This document shows positions 27,255 through 39,600 of a DNA stretch of 64,000 nt, piece after piece. Every line of letters starts with the position of its first letter. Positions within the stretch are counted from its first letter, which is position 1. The DNA is from Plasmodiophora brassicae (Eukaryota). Below the pieces are notes generated by a model. The model was not told where the DNA came from. It saw nothing but the letters and a program-made list of their open reading frames with translations, and ran no database searches. The translations under genes and the position numbers were made by a program. Location of the stretch: the NCBI GenBank assembly GCA_036867785.1, contig CP145420.1, positions 372,001 through 436,000 on the forward strand, given 5' to 3'.

Positions 27255-27665
27255 TGGCCGTGGTGATCTGTATGCGCGTACACTACGTACAGACCCGGGG
27301 CCCAAGTGATGATCGGCACAGCGCGATGGCCGCTGCTGGCGTCACCAATCAACCCCCGAGGCCAAAACGCGCTCTGAAGCTGCCCCAGCCCCCACCCACG
27401 GCCACACCACCGGGACGGGGACCCGGATGACGCCGTCGCCGGATACCGCCTCGCCGCCTCCCCCCCGCTCTGCAAAAATCACACCTCGAAATTGCCCGAC
27501 AAGCAACAACGGCAGTTTGTCTAACGCCGAGCGAGAGGCAGCTGTACCATCTGACGGGCGCCGGTGCGGAACAACGACAGCGGCGCCATGATGCCGTGCG
27601 CTTCGACCGATAGGACGTAGGCCGGTTCCAAAGGGGAATTTTTCGCGCGGCCACCGCCCATAGCG

Positions 27666-29685
27666 ATGACGGCGGGTGATCAGGTCGGCGAGGTTCGCGG
27701 CCGGCTGCGGGCGATGTCGTCGGAGCTGGGTGCGAACCAGAGGACTGGTGAAGCGCATGCGGCGGCGCTGGCGCGGGCGGAGCAGGCCGAGGGGGAGCTA
27801 GAGCGCATCCGAAGGAAAATGTATCAGATCGTGCCGGATTGGAAACGCCTGAAAGAGCAGGCGCAGGCGTTTGCGGCGTCGGAAGCTGCTGCCAATGAAC
27901 GCTTGCGAGTACTGGAAGAAGAGCTTGAACAGCTGCGGTACAATCGCTCTACGATGAACTCGTCAGATGGCATTGCCCAATCCCGCTCGAAGGTTGGCCC
28001 GTAAACGCACGCAACAGAAACCGGCTCGTATCTGATAGCCACGCAGGCAGATCGTGATGAGCAGATCGTCGACCTCTCGACTCAGCTCAGCGACGCTAAA
28101 TGTCGAATAGCCGAGCTGGAAGCTGTGAATAACGCGCTCGTGAAACTGACTGAAACGTCAGAGGCGCAGTCTAGGGAACACCTGGCTGCGTTGAAAGAGC
28201 AGCTTAATGGACTGCAGAAAAGCTATCGTAAGACCGTCCACACTTACTTGCATGTTGATATGTTTACGTGTGCTTGCAGAAATGAGCGATGCCACCAAGG
28301 AAGCTGAGGTAGCGAAGCTCAAAGAGGCCCTCGCGAACAATGTGAGATGCTCTGCATGCTTGATGTCGCTCCCGTACCTTACTGGACATTTGACGCTGCT
28401 AGGTCTCGTCGGTCGAACCACGAGGCCCTTCAACCCGGATGGACGTTTCTCTTGTCGAACTCATCCTTTCTACTCTCGAGCACGAACGGTCGCTTAGCAT
28501 CGCAGCTTGCCATCAATCTGAGGCGGATCAGGAAACAATTCAAGCGATGTCGCATGAATTGGAGGTTATCCGGTTGCAATACGACCGTGCATCAACCGCA
28601 ATCGATGTCCTGTCACGCAGAAGCTGTCGAAGTGCCCTTGCAACGATTACTTGCAACGCTGAGAGAGGTTCTGGTTCTCGAGATATGCCCCTTCATGAAC
28701 GCGGCGAACAAAGCGAATCAGTGCATCAGCGCAATGCTGAGAGAACTCAGCTGCGACGTGAAATTACACATCTTACGGAGAAGTACGACAACGTCCTAGA
28801 ACAGCTTCGCGACCAGCACTCGTACAACTGGGCGATCGTGCGCCTGTTCAACGAGCTTCAAGGTCGGCCAAATCTTTTGTATCACTTCGAGACTTACCAG
28901 ACTTTATGTTTACCGTCGTTATAGAAGAGAGCCGGGAGGGGACAGAGCAAACGCGCACTGAGGAAGTTCGCGAACCGCCTAAGCCAACTGACCACGGGGA
29001 ACAAGATCTGTCGACAGTTGCTCCACGCCCCGCAAAGCCCAGTTCAGAATCGCGTCCCAATCCGAGCCGGTGGCAAACGCGACTGATCGATCGACTGACG
29101 AAGCTCTTCCAGCGTCAGTTATACGACGAGAATGGCAAGCCGATTCCTCGGGCGGACATGTCAGAGGAAACGCAGTTTGTCTATGATCCGGTCTTGAAGA
29201 AGTACGTCGACCTTTCCGATCCGACGTCTGGACAACCGTCGGTTCCAAAGCTGCCACCGCAGAGATCACGAGGTAATCCTTCTGCTCGGCTCAGCGCTGC
29301 GCGACCAGGTGCTGGTCCTCGTTCCCGGTATGCGTTGCCGGATGACTTTTCGTGTACTTCTACACCACCAGCTGCAGCGCCACTGTCTACTCGTCATGTG
29401 CCTCCTCCCGTGCCTGCTCCCGATGCGTTGCCTGATATGCACGAGGCTGAGCGATTGCGTTTCGCTCGCGAGGATGCATTGAAGGCACGCGTCGAATCTC
29501 TGCAGAAAGACCTGACTGCAAGAACGAACGATCTTCATCGCCTGATTGCCGGTGTGGCTGCTCAGTCATCAAGGCTGCGTATCTGTGCTGCGCCCAGACA
29601 ACGTTCCCGCGCCTCATCGTCAACGTTGTATGGTCTACTGGTTGGCGCCGGCGTTGCTGCATCTGCTGTGTTCGCCTACAATTGA
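27666..29685 (+). CDS. Coiled-coil, tail-anchored protein with Sec16-C-terminal-like motifs
   Basis: Multi-exon coiled coil; last exon has GKPIPRADMSEETQFVYDPVLKKYVD, RSRY and a hydrophobic C-terminus (LYGLLVGAGVAASAVFAYN*). Confidence 0.7.
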
Positions 29686-30129
29686 ACAGCAATACATCGC
29701 TATTACCAACCCGTGGGTATATGTTGCAGGAGAGTTTAACCGCAACATGGTCGAACTGCAATCCCTATCTCTAGCCCGGCAACGCGGTGTAACGTTCGCT
29801 GTCCTGCATCCCCCTACACAGAATGCGTCCATGCCATGATTTTCGGCACGTTGGTCAGCCGTCCCTTCCGACAGAAGAGTCCAGCGCGGTTAGTCTTGCC
29901 TGAAACACTTCCGGACAAGGTGCTCCTAAAATAGTTGAATAGTTTGAGCCCTGTTTTCCCGAGAATGTCGCGAACACTCTGTCGTACAGTCGCACATAAC
30001 TAAAAATAGCACCTTTATGAGTCGCACGACCTCGCCTGCAGACTGCCACGGTCGCGGGTGAACCTTGGCGGTTCATTTCGTATCTGCGTGCAGATTGTGT
30101 GTGAGGAAGGCGTTCCACCAGCAACAGCG

Positions 30130-31521
30130 ATGGCCACCGAGGCGAAGGCCCACCTGTCAATTGTGATCTGCGGCCATGTCGACTCCGGCAAGTCGACAAC
30201 GACCGGCCGCCTGCTGTTCGAGCTGGGCGGTATCCCGGAACGTGAAATGGAGAAGCTGAAGCAGGAAGCGGACGTACTCGGCAAGTCGTCGTTTGCGTTC
30301 GCGTTCTACATGGACCGGCAGAAGGATGAGCGCGAGCGTGGCATCACGATTACTGCTACGACCAAGGAGTTCTTCACCGACAAGTGGCACTACACGATCA
30401 TCGACGCGCCTGGCCACCGCGACTTCATCAAGAACATGATCTCCGGTGCCGCCCAGGCCGACGTTGCCCTGCTCATGGTCCCGGCGGACGCCAACTTCAC
30501 CGTCTCCATTGCCAAGGGCAACCGCAAGGCCGGCGAGATTCAGGGCCAGACGCGCCAGCACGCTCGCCTGATTAACCTGCTCGGTGTCAAGCAGCTCATT
30601 GTCGGCGTCAACAAGATGGACACGGACCTGGCCGGCTACAAACAGGAACGATACCAGGAAGTCGCCGACGAAATGCGGAACATGCTCGTCAAGGTCGGGT
30701 GGAAGAAGGACTTCGTCGACAGGTCTGTCCCGATTCTCCCGATCTCGGGCTGGATTGGCGACAACCTGGTCAGCAAGTCTGAGAAGATGCAATGGTGGAC
30801 GGGCGTCAAGGTCGTTGACTTCAACGGCAAGGAGCACCAGGTCGAAACGTTGCTGCAGGCGCTGAACGACTTTTGCGGCCTGCCTGAGCGCAAGCACGGT
30901 GCCCCCCTGCGTCTGCCGATCTCCGGCATCTACAAGATCAAGGGGATCGGTGATGTCCTGACAGGACGTGTTGAACAGGGTGTCGTCCTGCCCAAGCAGG
31001 ACGTCGTCTTCATGCCGACGCATACGGCCAGCAACCCCTGCAAGGGCACCGTCTTCACTGTCGAGATGCACCACAAGCGCATGGAGAAGGCCTGCACGGG
31101 TGACAACGTCGGCATGAACATCAGGGGTCTGAAGTCGGAGCGCATGCCCCATGTTGGTGACGTCATGATCCTGGCGGACGACACGGGCCTGAAGCCGGTC
31201 AAGGAGTTCACCGCCCAGGTCCAGACGCTGGACATCCCTGGGGAGATCAAGGTCGGGTACACGCCGATCGGCTTCGTCCGATGCGGCCGTTCCGCCTGCA
31301 AGATCACCAAGCTGAACTGGAAGGTCGGCAAGGAGACCGGCAAGAAAAAGCTCGACGATCCGCACGCCCTGAAGGCCAACGAGGCCGCCGAGGTGGTCTT
31401 CCAGCCCACCCAGCCGCTCGTCGTCGACACGTTCAAGAACTGTGAGGGCCTGTCCCGAATTGCCTTCCTGGACGGGAATTCGGCCGTCATGCTTGGCAAG
31501 ATCACCGGCGTTCTTCATTGA
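30130..31521 (+). CDS. EFL: Elongation factor-like GTPase (EFL), 463 aa, intronless
   Basis: HLSIVICGHVDSGKSTTTGRLLFELGGIPEREMEKL, SSFAFAFYMDRQK, KEFFTDKWHYTIIDAPGHRDF, GQTRQHARLINLLG are EFL-specific residues rather than EF-1alpha; strong codon bias. Confidence 0.95.
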   Translation: MATEAKAHLSIVICGHVDSGKSTTTGRLLFELGGIPEREMEKLKQEADVLGKSSFAFAFYMDRQKDERERGITITATTKEFFTDKWHYTIIDAPGHRDFIKNMISGAAQADVALLMVPADANFTVSIAKGNRKAGEIQGQTRQHARLINLLGVKQLIVGVNKMDTDLAGYKQERYQEVADEMRNMLVKVGWKKDFVDRSVPILPISGWIGDNLVSKSEKMQWWTGVKVVDFNGKEHQVETLLQALNDFCGLPERKHGAPLRLPISGIYKIKGIGDVLTGRVEQGVVLPKQDVVFMPTHTASNPCKGTVFTVEMHHKRMEKACTGDNVGMNIRGLKSERMPHVGDVMILADDTGLKPVKEFTAQVQTLDIPGEIKVGYTPIGFVRCGRSACKITKLNWKVGKETGKKKLDDPHALKANEAAEVVFQPTQPLVVDTFKNCEGLSRIAFLDGNSAVMLGKITGVLH

Positions 31522-31876
31522 TCCCCGTCCTACGTTGAACCAAGGCCGTTGAACAAGGCTACCGAGGATGTCACCCATGTCATCCAGCCGCTCGTCGTAT
31601 ACCTGCCAGAGCGGCGAACTTGGGTACACGAACGGGCACGCCTCATTTCCCACTAAAATGACGTTGGTGTGGAATTCGCGCGCCGATCGTTGCGGCAGGG
31701 CTAGCGAAGGAGCACTACGATGTATCGTTTAATCAACGTCCCAGTCTGGATGGACGGGACAGGAGCAACGGCTGTCGAGCCCCAGGCGGAATCGACACGA
31801 TCGCAGTACCGTACCAACGTAATCGGCAGCGTCGCCCCATGCGCTCGTAGTGGCTGGCAATCGCGGGTCGTCAACA

Positions 31877-34800
31877 ATGAGCCATGCGGTCGGGACGGGC
31901 AAGAGCGCGTCCGAATACCACATTCAGGTCCGGTCGCGCGCGACGCCGACGTCGAAGACGGTTCTGAGTGTGCTGGCCCCTCCCCTAACGCAGGACGTCG
32001 CGAAAATCCTAACCGAGGTCCAGCATGAGCTGGCACGACTGAAACAGGGTTCGTCGACGCCCAAGGTGCGCGCCAGGGCGCGTGCGACCTGTCGGAGCAG
32101 GGCACTGACGCCCCCAGGGACAGGACCCATCGGCGGTGATGAACATCATCGAACGCGCTCAGGCTGACCTGCAGCGGAAGACGGCCGTCCTGTTCCGCTC
32201 GACCGTGCCCACACTGCCGGCCATCATCGAGGCACCGCCGCCCAGACCGCCTCGCCCCGTCGCCGACCTCGTCCGCCAGCTCGTCGACGAGCGCCAGCAG
32301 GACGAACGGGCGCGCACGCTGGCCGCCCTGGCCGCCCAGCGCCCAAGGATCCCCGGGCGGATCGCCCTGGGCCCGCCTCGCCGAACCGTGCCAGGTAGGG
32401 CGGCAATGCGACGCGCGTCATTCGGGTCTGTCGGTGACACGCGTCTGGGGGGTGGGCGCAGCGGTGATCCCGCGTCACCATCGGGGCGGGGCGCCGCCGC
32501 CGATCCGCCCGACGGACGCCCGGCGCGGTCTGCTCCACCTGATGACGACCGGGCTGATCCCGCGGCACGCCGACGTGACCGCCGCCCTGGTCGGCGACGT
32601 CGGCGGCCTGCAGCAGCGGCCGGCCGTGCTCCACGACCATGGGCAGCAGTTCGTCCATGGGTTCGTCGCCACCTGCCAGCCGCCGGCCAACCTGGTCCTC
32701 GACCTGGGCACCCCGGTTCGCGGCGCCGTCGCCGACGCCCTCAAGGTACGCGGCGCTGCTGCTGCTGCTGGAGGCGCTGCTGCTGAGGTTGCTGCCTGCC
32801 AGGCCCCGCCTCGGCTGTCGCCGGTGACGATCGGCGAGCCATCGCCGCCGCAGCAACCGCCGGGGTCGCTGTTTGCGGTCGATGACGACCCCGTTTCAGT
32901 GTCCGCCGAGTTCGTCCACGACGTCCGGGAAGGACCGGGAGAGAGGGCGCGCGAGTTCGACGAGCTCCTCGACACGTACAGCCTGCACCAGTTCATGATA
33001 CGCCATGGGTACCGCCGCACCGGACGTCTCGCCACGTGCTTGTCCTGACTGTCGGTCGCCTCCCCCGTCCCCCGGTTTAGGTCGACACTGTCGTCGACGC
33101 CCGAGTTCACGTCGTTCCATCGCAGGTACCAGGCGGTGTGGGGGCAGATCCTCCAGGTCGTCCAGCAGTTGGAGCAGCTGATGACCGAGTTCCACGTCCC
33201 CCTCGCCGTTGTCAATGGGACCCTGTTGGCGGAGCGGGCCACTGCTGACGACCGGCCTCTGGCGGTCGACGAGCTGCTCGCCCTGCTGGTGAACGGCGAC
33301 GCGGTGGCCCCCAAATTCCGAAAGTGGACTCGATTCAAAGGCCAGGACGCCTCCGACGAAGCGGCGTGTGCCATCCAGAGCGTCTGGAGGATGTGCAGGC
33401 AGAAACGTCTGTACAAAGTTCTACTGCGAAGGCACCGCTCTGCTCGCACCATTGCAATCGCCTACCGGCTGTACCTGAAGAGAATGGACACGAGGAGCGT
33501 CGTAGCAAGGAAATGGGAAGACGATCTGCGCCAATGGCGTGCTCGTCAAGCCGTCTTCATCAAGAGGCACGTGTCCCTGCGCGCGTAACGCCTGGCGATG
33601 GCTGACGTCGTGTGTCGTGTAGATGGCCTCGCATCAAGGAGCGCCGCCGCATCGTCGTGCATATCGCGTCGGCATGGCGAACACGACCGCAACGGCAAGT
33701 CGGCAGGATCGAACTGAAGGACGACGTAACGCACTGTCACGAGGCCCAGCTGTCTCGGCTCTTCGAGTTGGCCGACCCCAACGTCGAGGTCGTCTACATG
33801 TCGGCGTATCCGATCAGCGACGAGATCCAGCGATACTATGTCCAGCTACTGCAACTTCGTGGGGTGCCCTCGTTGCAGACCCGCCTGAAGTTTCTCTGCC
33901 CCGAACCGCAGGCCATGCTGGTCGACCTCAAGGTCCCACTGGCGACGTCCCTGTACTACTCCCCGAAATGCTTGTCGAGGATACGTCAGCTCACACAAGG
34001 GCACTCGTCGTACATTGTCCCCAATCTGGTCGGCCCGGACGACCTGAAGGTTGCCGTGTTCCTCAAACTGCCCATCCTATCTGCGGAACCGTCCATCGCG
34101 AGGAACATCTCCTCTGGTAATCACGTGCCGCCCGTTGCGTTTCCGTTCCGTTTGGGAACGCTGATTGGGCGTTGCAGCATCTGGAAGCAAGCGGGTATTT
34201 ACAGAGGCCCTCGTTGGATCTCCAATTGGGGCGCATGACATTCACGCTGAATCCGACCTGTACACACAGCTCAGCGAGCTCATCATTGGCAACCTGGGCG
34301 TTCAGAGATGGATCATCAAACTCAACGACGAATCCGGCGGCAGGGGCATTTCTTTCTTCGAGCCCGCCAAGCTGAAGGTCTTCTCGGAAATCGTACAGGA
34401 GCATCAGACGTCGAACAAGTTCTCGGACCCCGACGCGCTCACGTTCAACCAGTACGACGTTCTGCCGCTGCCGTCTCGTTTACGATGTCCCTGAACGGGG
34501 CGACGCACAGGGAACGCCTTCAGTCTGCCTTGTCGCAGACGCTGCAGTTTATCGTCCGCCTCGTGCACCCTGAACTCTACGAGCACGGCTGGCGCTCCTT
34601 TGTCGAGTGCATCGCGCTCGTGGGAGCATGTATTGAGGCGTGCCCGCAGTCGGTTGCGGGGTCGCCGTCTGTAAACCTGTTCATCGAGCCAGACGGGAAC
34701 ATCACCGTCCTGTCAACGCACGACCAGCTGTTCAGGTAATGTATGCGCGCCCTCCCTACGCTGGATATATCTGACGTGGGGTCTCAGTCGACCATACGTG

Positions 34801-35635
34801 CACGTCGGATCTGTGTTCCCCCAGTCCTCGTGCAACCCGGCCACCCTAAGGCAAACGGCCCTGCAAGTTGCAGCGGTGTGCTCCGCACGTGGCGTGCTCG
34901 GGTTCGTTGGCATCGACTTCATCGTGGCCGTCAACGACAGCACCAAACAGCACGTGCTGCTGGCTGTGGACTTGAACCTGCACGTAACGACGACCCAGTT
35001 GACATTCTGGCTGTTTGATTACCTTGCCGCTGGCAAGCTCAGCGAAGCGGGCGACTACAGCATTCCCGCCGCGTCTGCTGCGGATGCCAGTGGAGGGATG
35101 AATTCGAGGTCGTCTTCCAACGCGAGCCTAATGTCGCGACAGCCGTCGCTGGCGGACCTGTCCAAGCAGCTACAGAATAGGCTGTCGACGGCAAGATGTT
35201 ATGCTGCGCTCGACAACGTTGTCATCCCATCGCTGTCAGGCTTGCACTATCAGGCCTTCTTTAGCCTTTGCAGGCTCGAGGTACCGTTGCGATGCATGCT
35301 GGCGTCGCATCATACGGTCACTGACTCCCCCAGCAGGGTATATCGTTCGACATGGCGACCAGGTCCGGCTCAGCGTTCCAGCTGGCCGACTCGATAACCG
35401 CGGGCACTCTCTGCGTCGTCTGTACTGCTGATTCGCAGCTTGCCGCTCTCAACGCGCTTGGCGTAGCTCTGCATTTCCTCAAAGTTCGTCCCATTACACG
35501 TGCCGATCTAAGCAGCCAGTCTGACACACGCACCATGAGCAGGCCAAGGTTGGGATCAGAGACGATGAAGCGGGGAAGTCCAATCTGAACGACCTGATCG
35601 TGACCATCAAAGCGATCACGAACGGTCGTGCGTGA
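31877..35635 (+). CDS. IQCH: IQ motif-containing protein H-like
   Basis: ELLDTYSLHQFMIRHG..TPEF.SF, IQ motif AACAIQSVWRM..QK, RLFELADPNVEVVY, WIIKLNDESGGRGI, GSPSVNLFIEPDG, LAVDLNL; multi-exon; ends ...TNGRA* at 35635. Confidence 0.85.
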
Positions 35636-35717
35636 CGCATGCGTTTACATCTCATGGCTGATTTATTAGACAACTACACAACGATAACCCCCTTCACCGC
35701 ACTGCTAGTCTACCAGC

Positions 35718-37361
35718 TCATAGCTGTGTGGCGGTCAAGTCTTGCACAGCCGCAGCTGGCAAATGAAACTTCCCTGCCTGTGCGTATGCAAGCAGGCGGT
35801 TGCGTTGCATGCAGGCGAGGCATTCGCTTTGAATTGTCTGCAGACGTGCCTGATCTGCAGCTTGCTGAAGGAACTCGGCTCTGACAGCGTTACGCGCCTG
35901 CTCTCCGACAGCATTGTTTAGCGAAGCCCGGTAGGAACTGATCAGCCTGTGGACCGGCATTAGGGAAGAAAGTGTCAGGCCAAAGCGCAGCGCCGCCCTG
36001 ACCTGTAGTTCATGTTGTCGAATCCAAGCTCCAGATTCGCCCGTTCCGCTTGTAACTGCTCTAGCAAGCGGACGGGGGGACACGCAGAACCAACAGGTCC
36101 CTGCGCAGGAACCGTCTGCTCGGGTTCCCTGCCAGGAACCGGACTTGTCGAGCACAGCGGGCGCGCGCCACGAATTGCAGTCTTCGTCGGGACCTTCTCT
36201 GCAACGACTCCTGATCCTGCGGTATCGTTGGTATGGTATGGCAGTACAGAGACCCGTTTGGAGCCAGGTCTCGCCGCCGTCGGGCACTTGGGCGGTAGAC
36301 CATACTGCTTCGCGTCTGGCGCGACGGGACAACCTCGATAACGATCCGGGTCTGACTCTCCAGCAGGACATTGCTTGGTCGGAGCCGATGGCGGTACACC
36401 TTTAGCATTCGACAGGCCGGCGTGGACTTCGCCGGCATCTTCCCCCAGACGCTCAATGGTTCTAACACGCTTGGGGATCTGCTCGAGAGGGCTCGGGGCT
36501 TGCCTGACTTTTCGGGGTGGCGATGGAACTCTTCGGATGCAAGACGGTTGCTTCTGAGGGGTCCCTGGAACAGGGCGAGCAGGTGACTGCTCAGGCCCCG
36601 GTGGCATGCGCCGCTCGTCAGCCGCAGGTCGCAACTTTGACCCAGCAGAGCGTTTCTTGGACTTGTTCTTCTTCACGGCGACGCCCTTGACTGTCGGCAG
36701 CGTTTGACACCGGGCGGTACGTGGCCTGGTTTCGAACAGCTTCTTGCACTGGGCACCCGTCCGCGTAGGGAAATACAACGAGAACAGGCCTGTTTGAATG
36801 CGATTCAGAATCCAGTTGGTACGCCCGCTGGACGTTACATGAATTACCCCACTGCCCGAGTGGAGGACGCTCCTTCATTAGTTTATCAAAGAGGCCCAAC
36901 TCATCCGGGCGCCATTCGCCCTCATCGACAGCGACGCCCGGTTTGCCCCATTTCATGTAGTATGCGTTGGGGTCCGTCGCCAGCGCGGCCCACGCCTTCT
37001 GCCTGGCAGGTGGCCATGCCGCAGATGGGTTTGCCGATGCACCCGATTTCTCGCCGTCGAAATCCAGGCGGCGCTTGGCCGTCACGAGAGCGGCGCTGAC
37101 GCGTTCGAAACGAGCCCGACACTCTGCCGCGCTGAACGGTAGCCCGTCGACGTCGCCGCAGTCCCGTCCAGCCATGACGGCATCAACCAGCGCCTGCGTC
37201 GCCGACCGCGTCCAGCCGTCGGACGCGTTGCCGTTGACGGCGGCATAGTCCGCATCCGACAGCGCCCGCAGCACGTGATGCAGTTCGGCGGTGGCCGCGA
37301 TCGACGACGCGGGCGAGAACGCCACCGTCCGCGACGACGACCGGCGAATGACGGACGCCAT
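35718..37361 (-). CDS. Myb/SANT-like domain protein
   Basis: DGWTRSATQAL..ECRARF and DPNAYY..GEWRPDELGLF..GQWG|LFSLYFPTRTGAQC. 3' end approximate. Confidence 0.7.
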
Positions 37362-37517
37362 GCCGGGCCGACACACACCACCAGGTAACCAAATGGAGCC
37401 GCAGCCGAAACCACCCCCACGGGCGAGGCCGATTCCACCCCTCCTCCGTCCGCCCGTCCGTCTCTCCGCCCGCCCCGACCAGACCGGCGCGCGTTGTCGC
37501 AGCGCCCCGCCCCTGGT

Positions 37518-37537
37518 CGGTTTTGGCGCCAAAACCG
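37518..37537. promoter_or_regulatory. 20-bp perfect palindrome containing two opposed E2F-type sites
   Basis: CGGTTTTGGCGCCAAAACCG, ~160 bp upstream of the Myb/SANT ATG; TTTGGCGC matches TTTSSCGC on both strands. Confidence 0.45.
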
Positions 37538-37799
37538 TGCAACCCCCAAAAAGCCACGGACTCCCATGCCGCGTTCGTTGGGCACGACCGTTTTTTTGGA
37601 TGGTTCAGTTGCCGTTGGCCGCCGCCCGCTCTTCGTGGGTGAGCCCGTGGGGCGCAATGACTGAGAGCAATCATATTACAGGGTGTATTTAATAAAGTTA
37701 TGGACGACATAATATAGCCAGATGTTGATGTGTGAAAATGTTGTCGAACGAGGTGTGTGATCGGTCGTCGTCCCACAGGGAGGCCCGGGGCGCCGGCGG

Positions 37800-38525
37800 T
37801 CAGAGCTGCGCCATCAGGGCGATCAGCTCGGGGTCCTCGCGCTGCGCGTGCGGGGCGCCGGCGGATTTATCGTCAACTAGGTGCTTGAAGAACGGCAGGC
37901 GCTTGTCGCCCTCCTTGACGGGCGACGGTTTCGCCGCCGCCGGCACCTTGACGACCACGGGAGTCGATGGACGCGCGATATTAACGGGCGACACGGCGCG
38001 AACCGGAACCTTGAAACGCATCGAATCCTGTTTGATCGGGGGAGTGAACGACGCCGCCCCGACCGCCGATAGCGGACGTGCCGTCGATGGCGGTGGGATC
38101 GGGGTCACATACCCGGGCACGGCGTCCGGCGTGTAAATGAAATCGTCCTGGTGGATGAAATCGCATCGCGACCCGTACGGGCAGTTGCCATTCAGGTAAT
38201 TCTTGCACTTCTCCGTCTTCCAGCGACGGTGCCGGACGACAGGTCTCAGATCGGCGAGCCCGTGCCTATCCAGACGTAATCAGCGACAACGTCGATGTGG
38301 CGGGGACAAATCCAAAGGCGGAACGTACGCGAATTGGCACTTGTTCGAGTAGCGACAGTACCCGTGATCGCTAAACGAGCGGCACAACTCGGTCTTGTAG
38401 AGGCTGGAGTTGTGCGCATACTGGGACATTCCACGCGACGGCGAGCTGTCATGCGTCTTGGACGGGCGGTGCTCAGACCAGGCGGACTGTGTCGGCGTGA
38501 ACCACACTGCCGAGCTGGTCGACAT
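37800..38525 (-). CDS. Tandem CCCH zinc-finger RNA-binding protein (TIS11/ZFP36/Zfs1 family)
   Basis: YKTELCRSFSDHGYCRYSNKCQFA|H and WKTEKCKNYLNGNCPYGSRCDFIH; one intron. Confidence 0.9.
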
Positions 38526-38888
38526 CTGCGATGGCAATGTCAGACAGATCTGTTTCAGCCTGGGGGCTGCGCCCGCCCCGACTGCCTGCAACGCGACGTC
38601 ACCTGTCCGTGGGCGTGCGAGCGCGACGACGGCCGTTCCTTGACGCAGACGCTCTGGTCGGATGGTGCGGGATGCAGCGGACCCGTTGCGGGATGGGCTC
38701 GACCAATATCGGCAATGAGCGGCGGTCTCTGCGCGGCGGTCGCCAGATTTCCCGGCCTTACGCGCTACGCTACTCGTCCCGACCACGGACTCCGTGGCGG
38801 CATGTACCCCAGCGCTACGTGTCGCACAAAATAGCGTTCTAGCGAATCACACTGCCCTGCCACATTGCAGCTCTCAGGCCCCAGGTTT

Positions 38889-39455
38889 TCAACATGACTG
38901 TCGCCCGCCTCTAAAAATAGTTGGGCAGCCTTTGGAACGTTCCCGACTATCGGTACCTACACATACCGTGACGACTCCAGTCGCGGCGTGCGTGGTGACG
39001 TGGCTGCGACAGCAGAATGCGCGGTCGATTCTGTATAGAGTGTATTGCCACGAGTCCCACTAACCGAGCAGCGTGGCAATGTAATATTCGACGGCGTCGC
39101 TGGCGTCCAGGATGGCGTTGAAGCAGCGAGCGATGGTGGTGCCCAGGGCGTGGAACAGTTTCGCGTGGGCGGTCGTGGTGAGGCCACTCCATTGCCTGCA
39201 GGGGAAGGGAGATGCAAGATGCCACCTCGATGCCGTCAGTGTTGCGGGAACGGCCAGCACGATCAGGGGGTTCTGATCACGGATGGCTTCCTGCAGGTCG
39301 GCGGCGCTAGTGATTTCCACGCGTTCTTGCTCGGCGTCGATGTATGACAAGCGTAGATCGGCCGGGTATGCATCCCAGAGGATCCGCTCGTACTGCTCCC
39401 GAAACGCTTGGCACCGTTCATCGAACCCGATGTCAATGTACCCGTCATCCGCCAT
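38889..39455 (-). CDS. Small PB1-domain protein
   Basis: LRLSYIDAEQERVEITSAADLQEA (OPCA-like motif); short introns; 3' end inferred. Confidence 0.6.
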
Positions 39456-39600
39456 CGGGTCGCGGTTTCTAAACCGGTTGAATTCCGAATCCGCCGAGCC
39501 GGTCCACTCCACAATGGCCGGATGGGCAACCAACAGCGTTTTATACATAAGTGACGTTCACGCTTCACGACCTGCTACGCAGAGCACGACGAGTCGGTCC

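Noticed and set aside
30157-31653. 498-aa antisense ORF over EFL
   Set aside because: Shadow ORF explained by strong codon bias of the sense gene; no protein-like motifs.
37660-37800. AT-rich 3' UTR of the CCCH gene as an autoregulatory ARE
   Set aside because: No AUUUA pentamer on the sense (minus) strand.
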